Origin: Leucoraja ocellata
Lineage: Eukaryota
DNA length: 64,000 nucleotides
Assembly: GCA_036785375.1 (NCBI GenBank)
Contig: JAWMAR010000614.1
Coordinates: 1-64,000 of the forward strand
Direction: 5' to 3'
Shown here one piece after another: positions 39,304 through 51,899 of the stretch. The notes beneath the pieces are model-generated. The model had not been told where the DNA came from and ran no database searches. It saw only the letters and a list, made by a program, of their open reading frames with translations. The position numbers and the translations under genes are program-made. Numbering within the stretch: position 1 is the first letter of the stretch; each line of letters opens with the position of its first letter.

Positions 39304-40919
39304 GTGAGTCATTAACTTACCCCTACATGCCCTTTGAAGGCTGCAGGGGTAAATAGTATCAGTTAATATCGTAGATGTTTCACAATGATATGAATATAAA
39401 GCAATATTTGAAATTAGGTGGCATGTTTTAAGTTGAATCAACATAACATAACCTTTGCCCGGTTGAAGGCTTCAGAAGCTGTGATTTTCAATCCTTTCCA
39501 TCAACGCATCAACCTATAGTTACAGTCGTCGGGTAGATGAGTAGCATGACATAAACTAGTCGGCATTTTTGGGTCGTTTAAATATTGTCCTCGATTGAGT
39601 TCATAAAACCTTTACACAAATCATTATTTGTATCCATGAAGGCAAATTAAATTGATTTAAATAACCAACACACTTTAATTTAACTATGCATTTAAAATTT
39701 AAGAATAATTTTCCTCCAAATATTTTCCAAAGATGGTAGTGTCCAAACAATAATTTTCAAACAAATCTGTCGATGATGTAGCATGGGCTATAAAATAAGC
39801 GCATGTACCCGCCTTTAATATTATTGAGGAAAATCCTCCCAATTCCCAGCAAAGATGAAAAAAAAAACTGAAAAATCATTTGCTGAAATTTGTCCAGATG
39901 TTCGCTAGACGTGATTTGAATTTAATTGTTTCTTTCCGCCGGGTCAGAAGATATTACAATCTCAGAAGTTTAATTGCTTGCAGGCGATTCTTTTTCTTTG
40001 AAGACAAGAAGCGCCTGACTTCCCTGCCATTAATCCTTCACGGTGGACGTTTTCGACTTTGCATAGAAAAAAAAAGTACAAGGGCGACGAATACGGGCGT
40101 TAGAATGTTCCCATAGCAATTTCCTATGCGTCTCTATTATGCGTGTTACCACACACGCAGAAAAAAAAGCCAGGGAACAAAAAAAGAACCCCAGCAGATA
40201 CAGATAGGGTAAAAAAATACGAGACAAAGGTGCTTTTCAAAACATGCTTCATTATTTCTGAATTCATGTGCCTAGCATTTATCTTCCTTCTATCCAGGGA
40301 TGCTGCTTGTCCCAATGCTACTCCAAATGTTCCTGTCTATCGTCGGTGTAAACCAGCATCTGCAAATCCTTCCTACACATTTATAGTAACCTGATTGTTT
40401 CTCCAATTCCATTCCTCCTTGGTACAGCCTTCCGCTTTCAGGCGCTACATTTTCTACCGAAGTGCACATTTTGCTCCTCTCATTGACTCTAACAGGAAGT
40501 TAAATGCATACATGGGCATTTCATAACCTTTTTTAAAACAAACTAGAGACTCAAATATAAAGTCTCGTTTTTTTTGGCAACAGAACAGAAGACTAGGACC
40601 AAGTACCCAGATATCTAATTATTAGTGATTCTTTTTCATGATGATGAGAAATATTTTTGGCTATGATTCTTAAACCACTCTCATATTGACCACCAAATAA
40701 GAAAGTTGATTAAACGCATCATATAGATACACATATTTCACGCCTGCTTAATTGCGTTGCCTTACTCGGCCCAGAATTATTTTAAAGAAAATCGATTTTA
40801 TCGTGACAATGGTAGTGCTCCCCAGAAATCTATAATAACCTCCCTCTCTCTGATCACACATAAAAGTCTTCATGTTTAACAAAGAAAGCTGATCTGTCAA
40901 GACAATGCTGCAGTCTTTA

Positions 40920-41005
40920 CATAGAAAACATAGAAAATAGGTGCAGGAGGAGGCCATTCGGCCCTTCGAGCCAGCACCGCCATTCATTGTGATCATGGCT
41001 GATGA
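40920..41005 (-). mobile_element. CR1-type LINE extreme 3' end
   Basis: CATAGAAAACATAGAAAATAGGTGCAGGAGGAGGCCATTCGGCCCTTCGAGCCAGCACCGCCATTCA. Confidence 0.85.
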
Positions 41006-41539
41006 TCAGCACGTTGATGAGATTTGCACGAAGCCACGGTTAGATAGGAAATTGAATTGGTCGAAAATCTAATCATCATGTCGGTCCTTCCGAAAATAAG
41101 AATATTCAGTCATTATTAAACCAGGTTCCAACTGGATGTTTGTTGATAGACATTTTTACTGTGGCGTCTCGATCTTCTCGATTTATTTTACTATTTACTA
41201 TTGAATCTGCACCCCGGTTAGGTTCTGTAAACAACATGTTTAAACGAAGTCGTGCGTATAACAAGGTGATGGGGGAGAACGTCAAGAGACAGGAGACTTT
41301 TCCATTCCCAACACACATTGTGAATATTAATGATTTCCAGGTCATGGATAGCGCCATTACGATGCAATTATCCAATATCTGTAGGTGAAGTGCACGGTTG
41401 TGCTAAAAATCCCAACCACACGGAACTGAATCTTTGTCTGGAACTACACGTTCTGAGTTCTTGATTCTCCTCAAACTAGAAAACAAAATGTCTCACTACT
41501 GATGGTGCGCCTCAGAGGTCTGAAATTTCCTAGAGAGCA

Positions 41540-41810
41540 CAACTTTAAGGCAAGAGAGGGGCAACGTTTAAAGGACATGTGCGGGACAAGTTATTTTGTA
41601 CACTGAGAATCGTGGGTGTCCCACGGGTTGTGGTGGAGGCAGATGCGAGAGTTGTGTTTAAACGGTTTTTAGTTAGGCACGTTGTTATGCAGGGAGTGGA
41701 GGGAATTAATTCACGTGCAGGCAGATAAGATTAATTTAACTTGACATCATGTTCGGCATGGGCATTGTGAGCCAAAGGGCCTGTTTCTGTGTGGTACTAA
41801 ACCTGGTTCT
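41540..41810 (+). mobile_element. CR1-type LINE 3' fragment
   Basis: TACACTGAGAATCGTGGGTG...GTGGTGGAGGCAGAT...GAGCCAAAGGGCCTGTTTCTGTG. Confidence 0.7.
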
Positions 41811-43216
41811 ATGTTCCAGACGCTCCTTTATTCTATCTATTCGATCAAGAGTTTTGGGGGCCGGTGCTAATGGGCACGCTCTGTGTCAACCTCTTGGGTT
41901 TGCTTGTGTTAAATGTTGTATTTTTGTACAAGCTGTTGTGGTAATAATTCCCCCCCCCCCTCCCCCCCTCCCCCTTAGATCAGATTTATACCTTTATGTT
42001 CAGCTTCACTACTTTGCTATGGTTCAAGTACGAATGTCCCTTTTTACTTGCAGTAAGCCTCCCTTTGCTCCATGGAAGGTGAAGGCAGGGTGATAGGGAG
42101 GGGGTGATAGGGAGGGAGTGGGGGGAGGGCGGGCGAAATTCTGCAGTGTTGGAAGGACATGAGGGAGAAAATCTTCATTAGTTCGCTGTTACTTCGTCAA
42201 ACTTTGCTCAACCCCACCCAACGTTTGTAAATAACTCTCTATCCCTTGCTGGAATTGAACGGAGCAGTGGCAAACCCACTGCTAAACACAGATTGTATAA
42301 TGTCCTTCCACCTCTCTCCCACCTCCCGACTCCATTCTGGGAAACCAGGATGAACTTTCATCTATTTGGAATCAAAAGAAACTCTTGGAACTACCAGGGC
42401 TGATCCAATGCACCACGATCCTCTCTTAGATACATACAATCCCCACCCAAATCAGAAAACAAAGGACTAAGTATTCACATGCGGGTTGCCTGCTTGCAAG
42501 GAAGGGTCGCGAAATGAACCCCACGCCCAAATTTGAAGTTTGGATGAAGTTTGCAAGTGCAAAGGTCGATGTCTCTCGATTGTAACTCGTTTAAGTATTA
42601 ACTCCCTTGGGGATTTCATTCTCTTTTATTTTCCCGTTTTCAAAATGATCCGTTTGGTTTTACTTTTAGTGGCCGCTCAACATTTCATGAATTCTAATTT
42701 AGTATCATGTTTTAGGTGGGGTTTTTGTCTCTCTCCGAAAAGAGCAAAATATTCTGCTAACACTCACATGTGTTATTGGTTGAGAAATTAGCCCACTAAA
42801 CATGTAACCTAACCTTAACTTTTTCACCTTCATGAACTCGTGCTGCTTTTAACAGAATTCTTTCACGATGAGATTAATCTATATTTAGGCTTTTGCGCTG
42901 CTTCATTCATTCTTTAGAAAATTAAAGAAAGACTCACATCCGTGGGTCATTATGGGAATTGAGAACATATGAGACTCCATTAAAAACATCCGGAATTATT
43001 TCACTTTTGTAGTTCTATTATAAGCAAGGAGAATCTTAAATAGAAATTCGGATATATTGGAACTCAATGCTATGCAGTCGGCTTTTCGGTAATCACGATG
43101 TGCGGGTTGAGGGGGGTTAAACCAATTTCCATAGCAACCAGATAATGTGCCATTCCATACATCTGATTTGTGTTATCTGACGGCAACATTCATTGTCTTA
43201 TTTTCTTAACCCCCAG

Positions 43217-43514
43217 GCAACTTTGCAAAGAATTCACAGATCTGCTGGCACAGGACAGGACTCCTTTGGGGAACACCAGGCCCAACCCGATACTAGACCC
43301 AGGCATCCAGAGCTGTTTGACTCACTTTAGCCTCATTACGCATGGTTTTGGCTCTCCTGCCATTTGTGCTGCTCTCACAGCTGTCCAGAACTACCTGACG
43401 GAAGCATTAAAGGGACTCGACAAGATGTTCTTAAACAACAACCCAAATAGACACACATCTGGAGGGGAGGCGGGCACCAAAACTGGAGACAAGGAGGAAA
43501 AGAACAGGAAATGA
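43217..43514 (+). CDS. TFAP2B: TFAP2B exon 7 coding part (helix-span-helix end and C-terminus, TGA stop)
   Basis: Acceptor ccccag|G. Reads [19 protein letters not shown]...[33 protein letters not shown]...RHTS...[11 protein letters not shown]. This C-terminus is characteristic of the beta paralog. Confidence 0.97.
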
Positions 43515-46500
43515 AAAACATTCCTCCAAACTTTTTATTTTCTGTAGCTTTATATAAAAATAAATCTTCTATTAACTTGGAAACAACCACGCACACGTAA
43601 AGGAGCAACACTGGGTCAACTGTTTGCGACCATTATGGACCTGGATGCAAGGCTTCAAGATCATTTTTATTGGTATTTGTCCAATTTTGCAACACTTTTA
43701 CTTCCATTTTATGTCAGAATGGCGGGTGATTGCAAGATTCACCTGGGTGACTGCAAATTGATTTTTGATTATCAAAATTCTTTGATCCACGCTCATTCCA
43801 GGTCTGATTTTTTGTGCACAGTTCTGCGTGTTACGAGGATGGAAACATTCCACCAAAAAGAAAATGACTATCAGGTAACATGGAAGCTTAATAGTAACCG
43901 CCCCCCTTCATTTGAGAACATTAGCTTGAATATAGGTCTAATGGTTTGCACACAGATTCCAACACACGGTGACAATAGTTACGTGTACCTGCTCATTTTA
44001 ACCCCAAGCACAAACTGGCAGTCCGAGGCATGGCTGCCCATAATCTCCCACACGACATGAATCTAAACGGAGCCCTATCGAGATAATTATTCACCCTGGA
44101 TTGCAGTTGTCAGTTCAAGTTCAAGGTGAACACTGGCACATGCAAACAGAAACAAAACAACAATTGCGAGAAGGGTCTAGCCAGCCAGAGAGCATGTTTA
44201 TTTCAAAGAGACAATTTGGAATCCGACTGAGATTGGGAGAAGGAAATAGAAATAGACAGAATTCTCCTAATATAGCATCTTCATTTTAATTCTTAATATT
44301 GTTAAATTTGGCCGATCCTCTCAATAAATGTTCTGCTTTTGGCAGCAGCTGCTTAACTACAGAATAAAATCAGGTAACTCCCCTTCACAACTCATTGGCA
44401 TTTTGTTTGGTCTTGTTTCTGATGTATGTTTTCCTTTATAAATTAACCTCATCTTTTGGGGGACTCGGACCATGCAATTTTAAACTTAGATGAGCGAGCA
44501 AGATCTCTACCCAAACCAAAACACCTTTGACCTCAGCTGCTGGGCAATTTGCTTCTTACGAGTTTAGACAGAGGTCGCCAATGAACATACCAAGGCTCAC
44601 TAGTATCCCACCGAGTGACCCATTGGAGGACGGGTGGTGTTTAATTATAGATGTACGTTTTCAGCAGCAAACAAGGCCACATACTGAAAGCTAGGTCTTA
44701 GGTCACGAAGAAATGCATAAACCACCAAGCGACCAGAATCGTTTTGTTTGTCATCAAATCAGGAGAATAAATCATAAATATTTGCAAATTAGAAAATACA
44801 TTGCAGAAATGTCCAAATTCCTTAAATATATTGTCCTAGTATATATGCTTTACATTATAAATTAAAAAAAAAACTTAAAGATTACACATACTTATTAGTT
44901 ACTCACCATTAAAATTACGTCCCGCCACATTATTTTCATTCAAATGTACATCGAAAAATATACGAGGAAATAATACATGTTAAAAACAGTTGATAGGCTG
45001 TTGCAGGTTAGAAGACACACTGTTCTTTAAACCGCGCATTGGGGATAACATGTACATTCCTGCCAATGGGGTTTCGGAGGTTCTGGGGTTCGCAAACTAC
45101 AAGGGTGTTTTTTTTTATTATTTCAAAACTAAATCTCGTTTCTTATACTGTGCTCGTCACCTCCGTGTTCCTGGAAGGTTTATGAAACTGTCCTCACTAC
45201 TGGGAGATATTTATCCACGTGAACACATTTCAGATTTCTTCTCATCGATTTTATTTCATTGAAAACTCGCCACGATCACTTAATCCCACTGGCTGAAGAT
45301 TTTTTTTAAAGCAAAGCCAATCAAGGATTCAAGGAAAGCGATGTAATAATCATGGAGTGCTTGTATGCATGTATGTGCGTCCGTGTGATTGTTGGTGAGG
45401 AGAATTGGTGGTGATTGCCGTGAAGACATCAGCTTCCCCATAATTAATAAAACAATCGTGTGACACACATTATAGGGAACCTAGTTGTCCTTCTTTTATC
45501 CCAGTTTGCTGTTCTGATATTCCAGCTGGACACGTTTATTGTGCGTAGTCAATTGAAATGATGGTCCATTTCGAAACCGATGCATTGTTGTAAGATATTC
45601 AGCAATTTAGACCATATGGCGGTTATAACTATCACGGACACTGCTTATTGTGAGCATTGGGTTATTTCTCGTGGGCTCATCTTGAAAACCATCTACTTCC
45701 GTCGTGTATCTGTGATTGTCCGTACAATAATCTTTCCTTAGTACTTCTCATAGAATTATAAAGTCCTTTTAAATGAACCATTTAAAAAAAAATAATAAAT
45801 CACTGAGACGTTACATAGAATTCAACGCTCCTTTGAGAACGAGCTTCCTTTTCACATGTTTCCCACTATTCTGCCCCGGGCCATGCAATTCAATGGAAGA
45901 GTTATCACAAGCCGAACCTGTGCTGCTTGGCGAGTCCACAGGTGGTATGTGGCGGATGGAGTGTTTTCCCCGTGGCGACACAAAACAAACCCAACACCAG
46001 AACTGACTAAACTCATTAGATACATTAGCAGGGAAGTTGAAACGCTGGAAGGACACAGGTGTGAAAGGAATGTTTGACCATTTAGTTGCTCATTCAGTTA
46101 CAACAACAAAATTGCTAAAATATATAGAGGAACACACCCGGATCTCTCTTGTTTGTTCTGAACGTTTATTTCTAAGATGCAGAATAAGTGCAAGGTCCTT
46201 AGAGGAATAGAAAAGGCAAGAGTTATTGGCATTCTGCTGTTTAAAAAAAAAATGTTGTGTTTAGAACGAACGCGTTGAACTGGAATTGATCTGTGGAATG
46301 TAAGTCTGTTGCCTATTTTATCTTCACTGAATCAAGGGAACTGTGCTGCCAGTGCCAGTGACAAAAAGAATGGCGATGGAAAATGTCAATCAGTTTTAAA
46401 TTGCCAGGATAAATTGTCTAATTAAAGTTTTGTTTACCTTTGGTAAAAACGTTCCAACCCATGATGAGTATTGAAGATTTCCGTGCAAATTGATTGGAAT

Positions 46501-48430
46501 GTCATTCCCTTTTGATATATTGCTCTTTTCTCTGATCTCGCTGCTCATCTGGTATTTTGAAAATCTAAAATATTTTACTTAACCAAGCATAATGTTTAGA
46601 CTGCACGGAAATGGCAATCCAAGCTTCATCCATTTTAATTTCGGGAGGCCACCCCCAGCAAATGTAACCAACAACAAAGTTGAATATGATGCAGAATCTA
46701 CTGTATGTTTGCACTGCTCTTTCAGGCCCAAAGCTTGCTCACTCACTCACTCACTCACTCACTCACTCACTCACTCACTCACTCACTCACTCACTCACTC
46801 ACTCACTCACTCACTCACTCAAACCATACATACACACACGCACTACCCAGCACATCCCTTCCATCCACCAGATATGACCAGATGACAACTCACATTAAAA
46901 GAACACATTCTGCAGCTCCTCACGGTACAGATGGAAACTTTATCCCATTCTCCCAATAACGAAACTGAGAAGTAAGTCCACAACATGGAAAGGGCGTTGG
47001 ATCTATCAGTAGCATCATTTATTGGAGAAATCAAACGCAAATCAGTTAACCACCTCCTTCCTCAGGTGCCCAAGCTCAGCCGTGTAAGTTCTAAACTTCC
47101 ATCTGCGATCGTACATGACCAGTAATTTTTTTTGAAAGCAAAATACTTTTGGTCAAGGGCCGAAAGACGGGCTGGGGTCCCCCTTCACATTGTTAAATAA
47201 AACATATCCATCTTAAACTACGTTATTTGTTGGGAAGCTCATCACGACATTAAAAGTGACATAAATTGTGATTCTGGCAATATCCCAAACCTAACGATTG
47301 AACAAAATAAAAGATTTACAATGACCAGAGGGTAGCATGAGCATATAACGTTTTAGTTTGAAGAATACGATGTCCATCCAACTAATTAATTCCCAATGCA
47401 GGAAGAAAGATGGCCCGCCATTAGTTTTAATGTTTTGCAAAGCAACCAGCAAATCTACTATCAAATTATAATCTAGTTGAAATGATGCCAATACAAATAC
47501 ATTCGATGTCGGAAGTTTGTTCACCCTTCCCTGGAAGTCTGTGAAACGGTTTCACTCCTTAACTGTTGCAATGTACCTTGCCGGGGTTTAGAGTGAATAT
47601 GGCAAATTTGAAATTTGCACCAAGTTTGTTTTCAATCAGTTCATGCTGCACTTTCAACCATTTACGAAATAATCTCCCAGGGTATGGCGATACTGAAATT
47701 ACTAAATGCTCAAATATCTTCACAAGCTTCTTGTCAGTTGAAAAGGAATCACGCATTGTCAAAAAAATAAACACAAACTCTTATACCCATACGCCAAAAG
47801 TGAGTACGAGCAGGTTGTATGGTTTGGACTGTTCCCATCCTGATCACATGCTATAATAATTTTTTTAAATGATTGACTCCAGTAAGTAGGTAACCCGATT
47901 TTTTATAAAACATTTTCCAAATAAATATACAAGTTGGAACACTAGTTCCTCTGGAGGGGGTGGGCGGGTTATCATTGTCCATGTTTGTATATATTTATTT
48001 AATGTTAATTTAATGGGATTGTAAATATGGTGAGCCAGTAGCGGGGTATTTATCTATGATTCCATACCTCTGTGAGTGGGTTGAAAATGCTTGACGCTAG
48101 ATAGTCCACTATCTGATCTCTGTTCACTAGACACATTGTAAAGGTGATGGGTAGAACTTGTTTATTGTCCAGTTGTGGTCTCATTTTAAGAGAAAAAAAA
48201 GAGTTGAGTACCTTGTGATTTTGTTGTATTTTATTCAGTTTAAATGTGATGCTGCTTCACTTTTCAGACAGATTGTGTTGCTAGGTCTGTCCACCTACTG
48301 GTTGTTTGAATGAAAACCAATCTGTCTCAAGAAACAAACAAACACATAATAAATCTTTCTTCCAAAATGTACTGCTCTTTTCTCTCTCTTTCAGTAAAGC
48401 AATAAAGTGCAACCATAATATGTTAGAATG
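43515..48430 (+). other. TFAP2B: Probable long TFAP2B 3' UTR with proximal and distal poly(A) signals
   Basis: TE-free stretch after the stop. AATAAA at 43559, 44323, 44363, 44766, 48348 and 48401. U-rich block with TGTA(T/A)ATA elements at 47986 and 48020. The true end is inferred. Confidence 0.5.
46738..46820. repeat. (TCAC)n microsatellite, about 20 units, in the probable 3' UTR
   Basis: Direct reading. It explains the THSL/HSLT-repeat pseudo-ORFs. Confidence 0.97.
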
Positions 48431-49519
48431 CATTTCTCCCTCGGAAATTTCCCAAGGCATGAGGCAAATGTTTCAGAACTGTGACCAAAACAAATGCTCT
48501 GGTTTTCAAAATGTTTCAACTTTGGAAAGGGTGTATAAATTATATATCGTACATTCAATATATTACATTTTTGTTCGATTGGGAGGTAAATTTGACAAAA
48601 ACAAAGCAGTAGCGAAAGGGAATTCCATGGTATTTCAGTTTTGCTGAAATTACCGTTGTGTATGAGGATGGGGACACAAATTCTTAGCAGGGCATCTAGA
48701 TCATTTGGAACCTCAACTCACAAAACATGGGATCCTCATCGTGCTAAGGCCATCCTCTAGGTTCCAAAGTCTTCCCTGATTCTCTCCCAAATTATGATTT
48801 TTCTTTGTCTATATTTGGTCACCTTTGAGCAAGAAAATGCACGCATGTCTTCTCCATTTAACTCAATTTAAGGGCACATGCTTACTCTGATCTTTTGTTT
48901 TGTAACCTGAATCTGTCTAACAAACTTGTCATTCCTGAGGATAACTATTTTTTAACACCACCACTGTTCCATGTTTGTCAACCATTGAAATAGTGCAATA
49001 ATTATAATTGCAACTAGGACCGGGGTCGTAAGCAATTGCTGAATGCATGCACCATTTCCAGAATATTCATAGGGAAACCATATGCTTCAACTACCTGGTG
49101 AAATGAAAACCATCCAAAATACCAAATTTGTACTAACAGGAATTATGGTTGTCCACACTCTATGGTGTTCATATTTATATTGTGTAAACACTCATCATTA
49201 CTTATGTTAATACATTATACATTTCTTAAAGACAACTTGTAAATATAGTTGGATTCATATTATATATCACCAGATGATAGCACATATAAATATATATTAA
49301 GAATTAAAAAAAACAATCATATTCATGATAAATGTTTGTTAAAGATGGAATCAATTTTATTCAAATAGGAAGATTTTGATTTTTGGTAAATGCTTAAATT
49401 ATCATAATGGTTATTAATTCTAGAGGATCATTGCTGTTCAGTTATTTTCACCATATTTGAATTGCCCAACTTTGAAAGAGCAGCATTAATTTCCACCATC
49501 AAATAGGGTCACCACTAAT

Positions 49520-49782
49520 TTCCCATTTCCCTACATCCAACAATGGCTAGTTTCCTTTATCATTGTTATTTTTTTGCCTATCTTTAATTCAATTGTTCTA
49601 TATCTCTCTACACAACCATCTATATCACTCATTTTCCTTTCTCCTGACACCCAATCTGAAGAAGAGTCTTGACCCAAAATGTCACCTATTCCTTTTCTCC
49701 AGAGATGCTGACCCGCTGAGTTACTCTCGCTTTTTGTCTATCTTCAGTTTAAACCAGCATCTGCAGTTCCTTCCTGCACATC
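49520..49782 (+). mobile_element. Penelope-like 3' region and terminal repeat
   Basis: Reverse-complement similarity to 50507-50760; degenerate core CTGAAGAAGAGTCTTGACCCAAAATGTC. Confidence 0.8.
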
Positions 49783-50506
49783 CCTACATCTATTTATGAC
49801 CTCTCTGATTGAGACTAGCTAACTATTACAACTTCTGCATGATGGTTATCGGTTCCATGTTGTTGATCTTTATTGATTACCGTCTGTGTTGAGATGGGTC
49901 GAGTTTCCAAACAGTATCCACTCAAACTGAAGGGAATAATTTAATCTATTTATTCCAGGATGGGCATCTTTCTTTATTGAACAAATAAAATCCTAACATG
50001 TTAACATGTTATCAACTCTGACCTTCTGCGACATAATTGTCATAAGAAACATCAAATTTTGTTTTAAACCTAAAAAAACTACAAAAACATAATATTAAAA
50101 CAACCTAGGCTTTTAAGCTAGAATTCAATGCTGACAGTGGGTGGAATGGTCATCCATGACTAACTCAGCCCAGAGTTTGGCACAAAAACAGAAAAGCCAG
50201 AAGAACTCAGGCAGTCAGGCATCATTTGTGGGAAGTGAAAACCAGCACCTTGACCTGAAATGTGAACAGGTTTCTCTTTCTCCAGATACCGCTTGTCTGG
50301 ATGGGTTCTTAGAGCATTTCTGGTCTTGGTTCAGTTCCCATTTTCCGTAATTTCATTTGTTTTCCAGTTTTCCATCAGCAGATCTGGTACTGTTCCTTTT
50401 GCATAAGTGCAAAATTACATTTTTGACATCTGTGTTTTGAGAAAATGGAAGGCCTTTTTTTTTATCAATGAGCATTTCCTGGTCTCAAGACTTTCTGTGA
50501 AATTCA

Positions 50507-51525
50507 TGTGTAAGAAGGAACTGCAGATGCTGTTTTAAATCGAAGGTAGACACAAAAACCTGGGGTAACAGCGGGATAGGCAGCATTTCTGGAGAGAAGG
50601 AATGGGTGAGGTTTTTGGCCGAGACCCTTCTTCAGACTGGTTAAGGATAAGGGAAATGGGAGTTATAGACGGTGATGTGGAGAGATACAGAACAATGAAT
50701 GAAATATAGGCAAAAAATGTAACGATGATTAAGGAAATAGGCTGTTTGTAGGGAGAAAATGAGAAGCTAGTGCAAATTGTGTGGGGGGAGGGATAGAGAG
50801 AGAAGGAATGCCGGGATACCTGAAGTGAGAATAATCAATATTCATACCACTGGGCTGTAAGCTGCCCAAGCGAAATATGAGATGCTGTTCCTCCAATTTG
50901 CGTTTAGCCTCTCTGACAATCGAGGAGACTGAGGACAGAAAGGTCTGTGTAGGAATGGGAAGGTGAATTAAAGTGTCCGGGAGATCAGGTTGGTTCAGGC
51001 TGGCTGAGCGAAGGTGTTCTGCGAAACGATTGCCCAGTCTGCGTTTGGTCTCGCCGATATATAAGAGTCCACATCTTGAACAATGGATACAGTAGATGAG
51101 GTTGGAGGAGGTACAAGTAAACCTCTGCCCAACCTGAAAGGACTGACGGGGTCCCTGGACAGTCAAGGGAGGAGATATAGTGACAGGCATTGCATCTTTT
51201 GAGGTTCTAGGGGAAGGTACCTGGAGAGGGGGTGGTTTGGGTGGGAAGGGATGAATTAATCAGGGAATTGCGGAGCGAACAGTCTCACACGAAGGAGGAA
51301 AGGGATGGAGATGGGAAGATGTGGCTAGTGGTGGGATCCCGTTAGAGGTGGCGGGAATTTCAGAGGATTATGTGTTGTATGCGATGGCTGATGGGTGGAA
51401 GGTAAGGACGAGGGGGATTCTGTCTTTGTTGCGACTAGGGGGAGGGGGAGCAAGGGCAGAGCTGCGGGCTACCGTGGAGACATGAATGAGCGCCTCATCT
51501 ATGATGGGAGAGGGGAACCCTCATT
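50507..51525 (-). mobile_element. Penelope-like element (probably Neptune group), 5'-truncated, with a GIY-YIG endonuclease remnant
   Basis: ORF 50729-51190(-) reads FTCTSSNLIYCIHCSRCGLLYIGETKRRLGNRFAEH...RKLEEQHLIFRLGSLQPSGMNI. It has a degenerate Cys-rich linker (GTFP...C) upstream and a terminal repeat at 50507-50640. Confidence 0.9.
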
Positions 51526-51899
51526 CATGTATATCCAAATTCATGTATTTTGTTGAAAAAAACATTAGGATGTATCCACCTACAGTGGGATGCGAGTCAC
51601 CAATGGTAATTAAGCCACACACTGATTAGCTTTGTGGATGATTTACAGTTAATGAAACTTAAGAGTTAACGGTGTTGATGGAAAATAAAATAACATGAGA
51701 AGCCACAATGGATCCAACAGAAGGGGTTAATACAAGGGAAAATTGCAAAAAAGATAGAATGATGATCACCTTATAGAAATGCAAATAATATTCAAAACTA
51801 ACTCAATCAATATCACAAAAGAGAAACAAATATCACCTGAGAGCTATTCCTATGACATGGTTGTAAGGAGATCGGTTTGGGGAACTCAAGCATACTTGG

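Noticed and set aside
43635-44060. 141-aa ORF directly downstream of the TFAP2B stop
   Set aside because: No recognisable domain or splice structure. It lies in the 3' UTR and is compatible with chance.
46592-46959. ORFs with THSL/HSLT repeats (also the repetitive ORFs at 7715-8094)
   Set aside because: These are translations of a microsatellite and a minisatellite.
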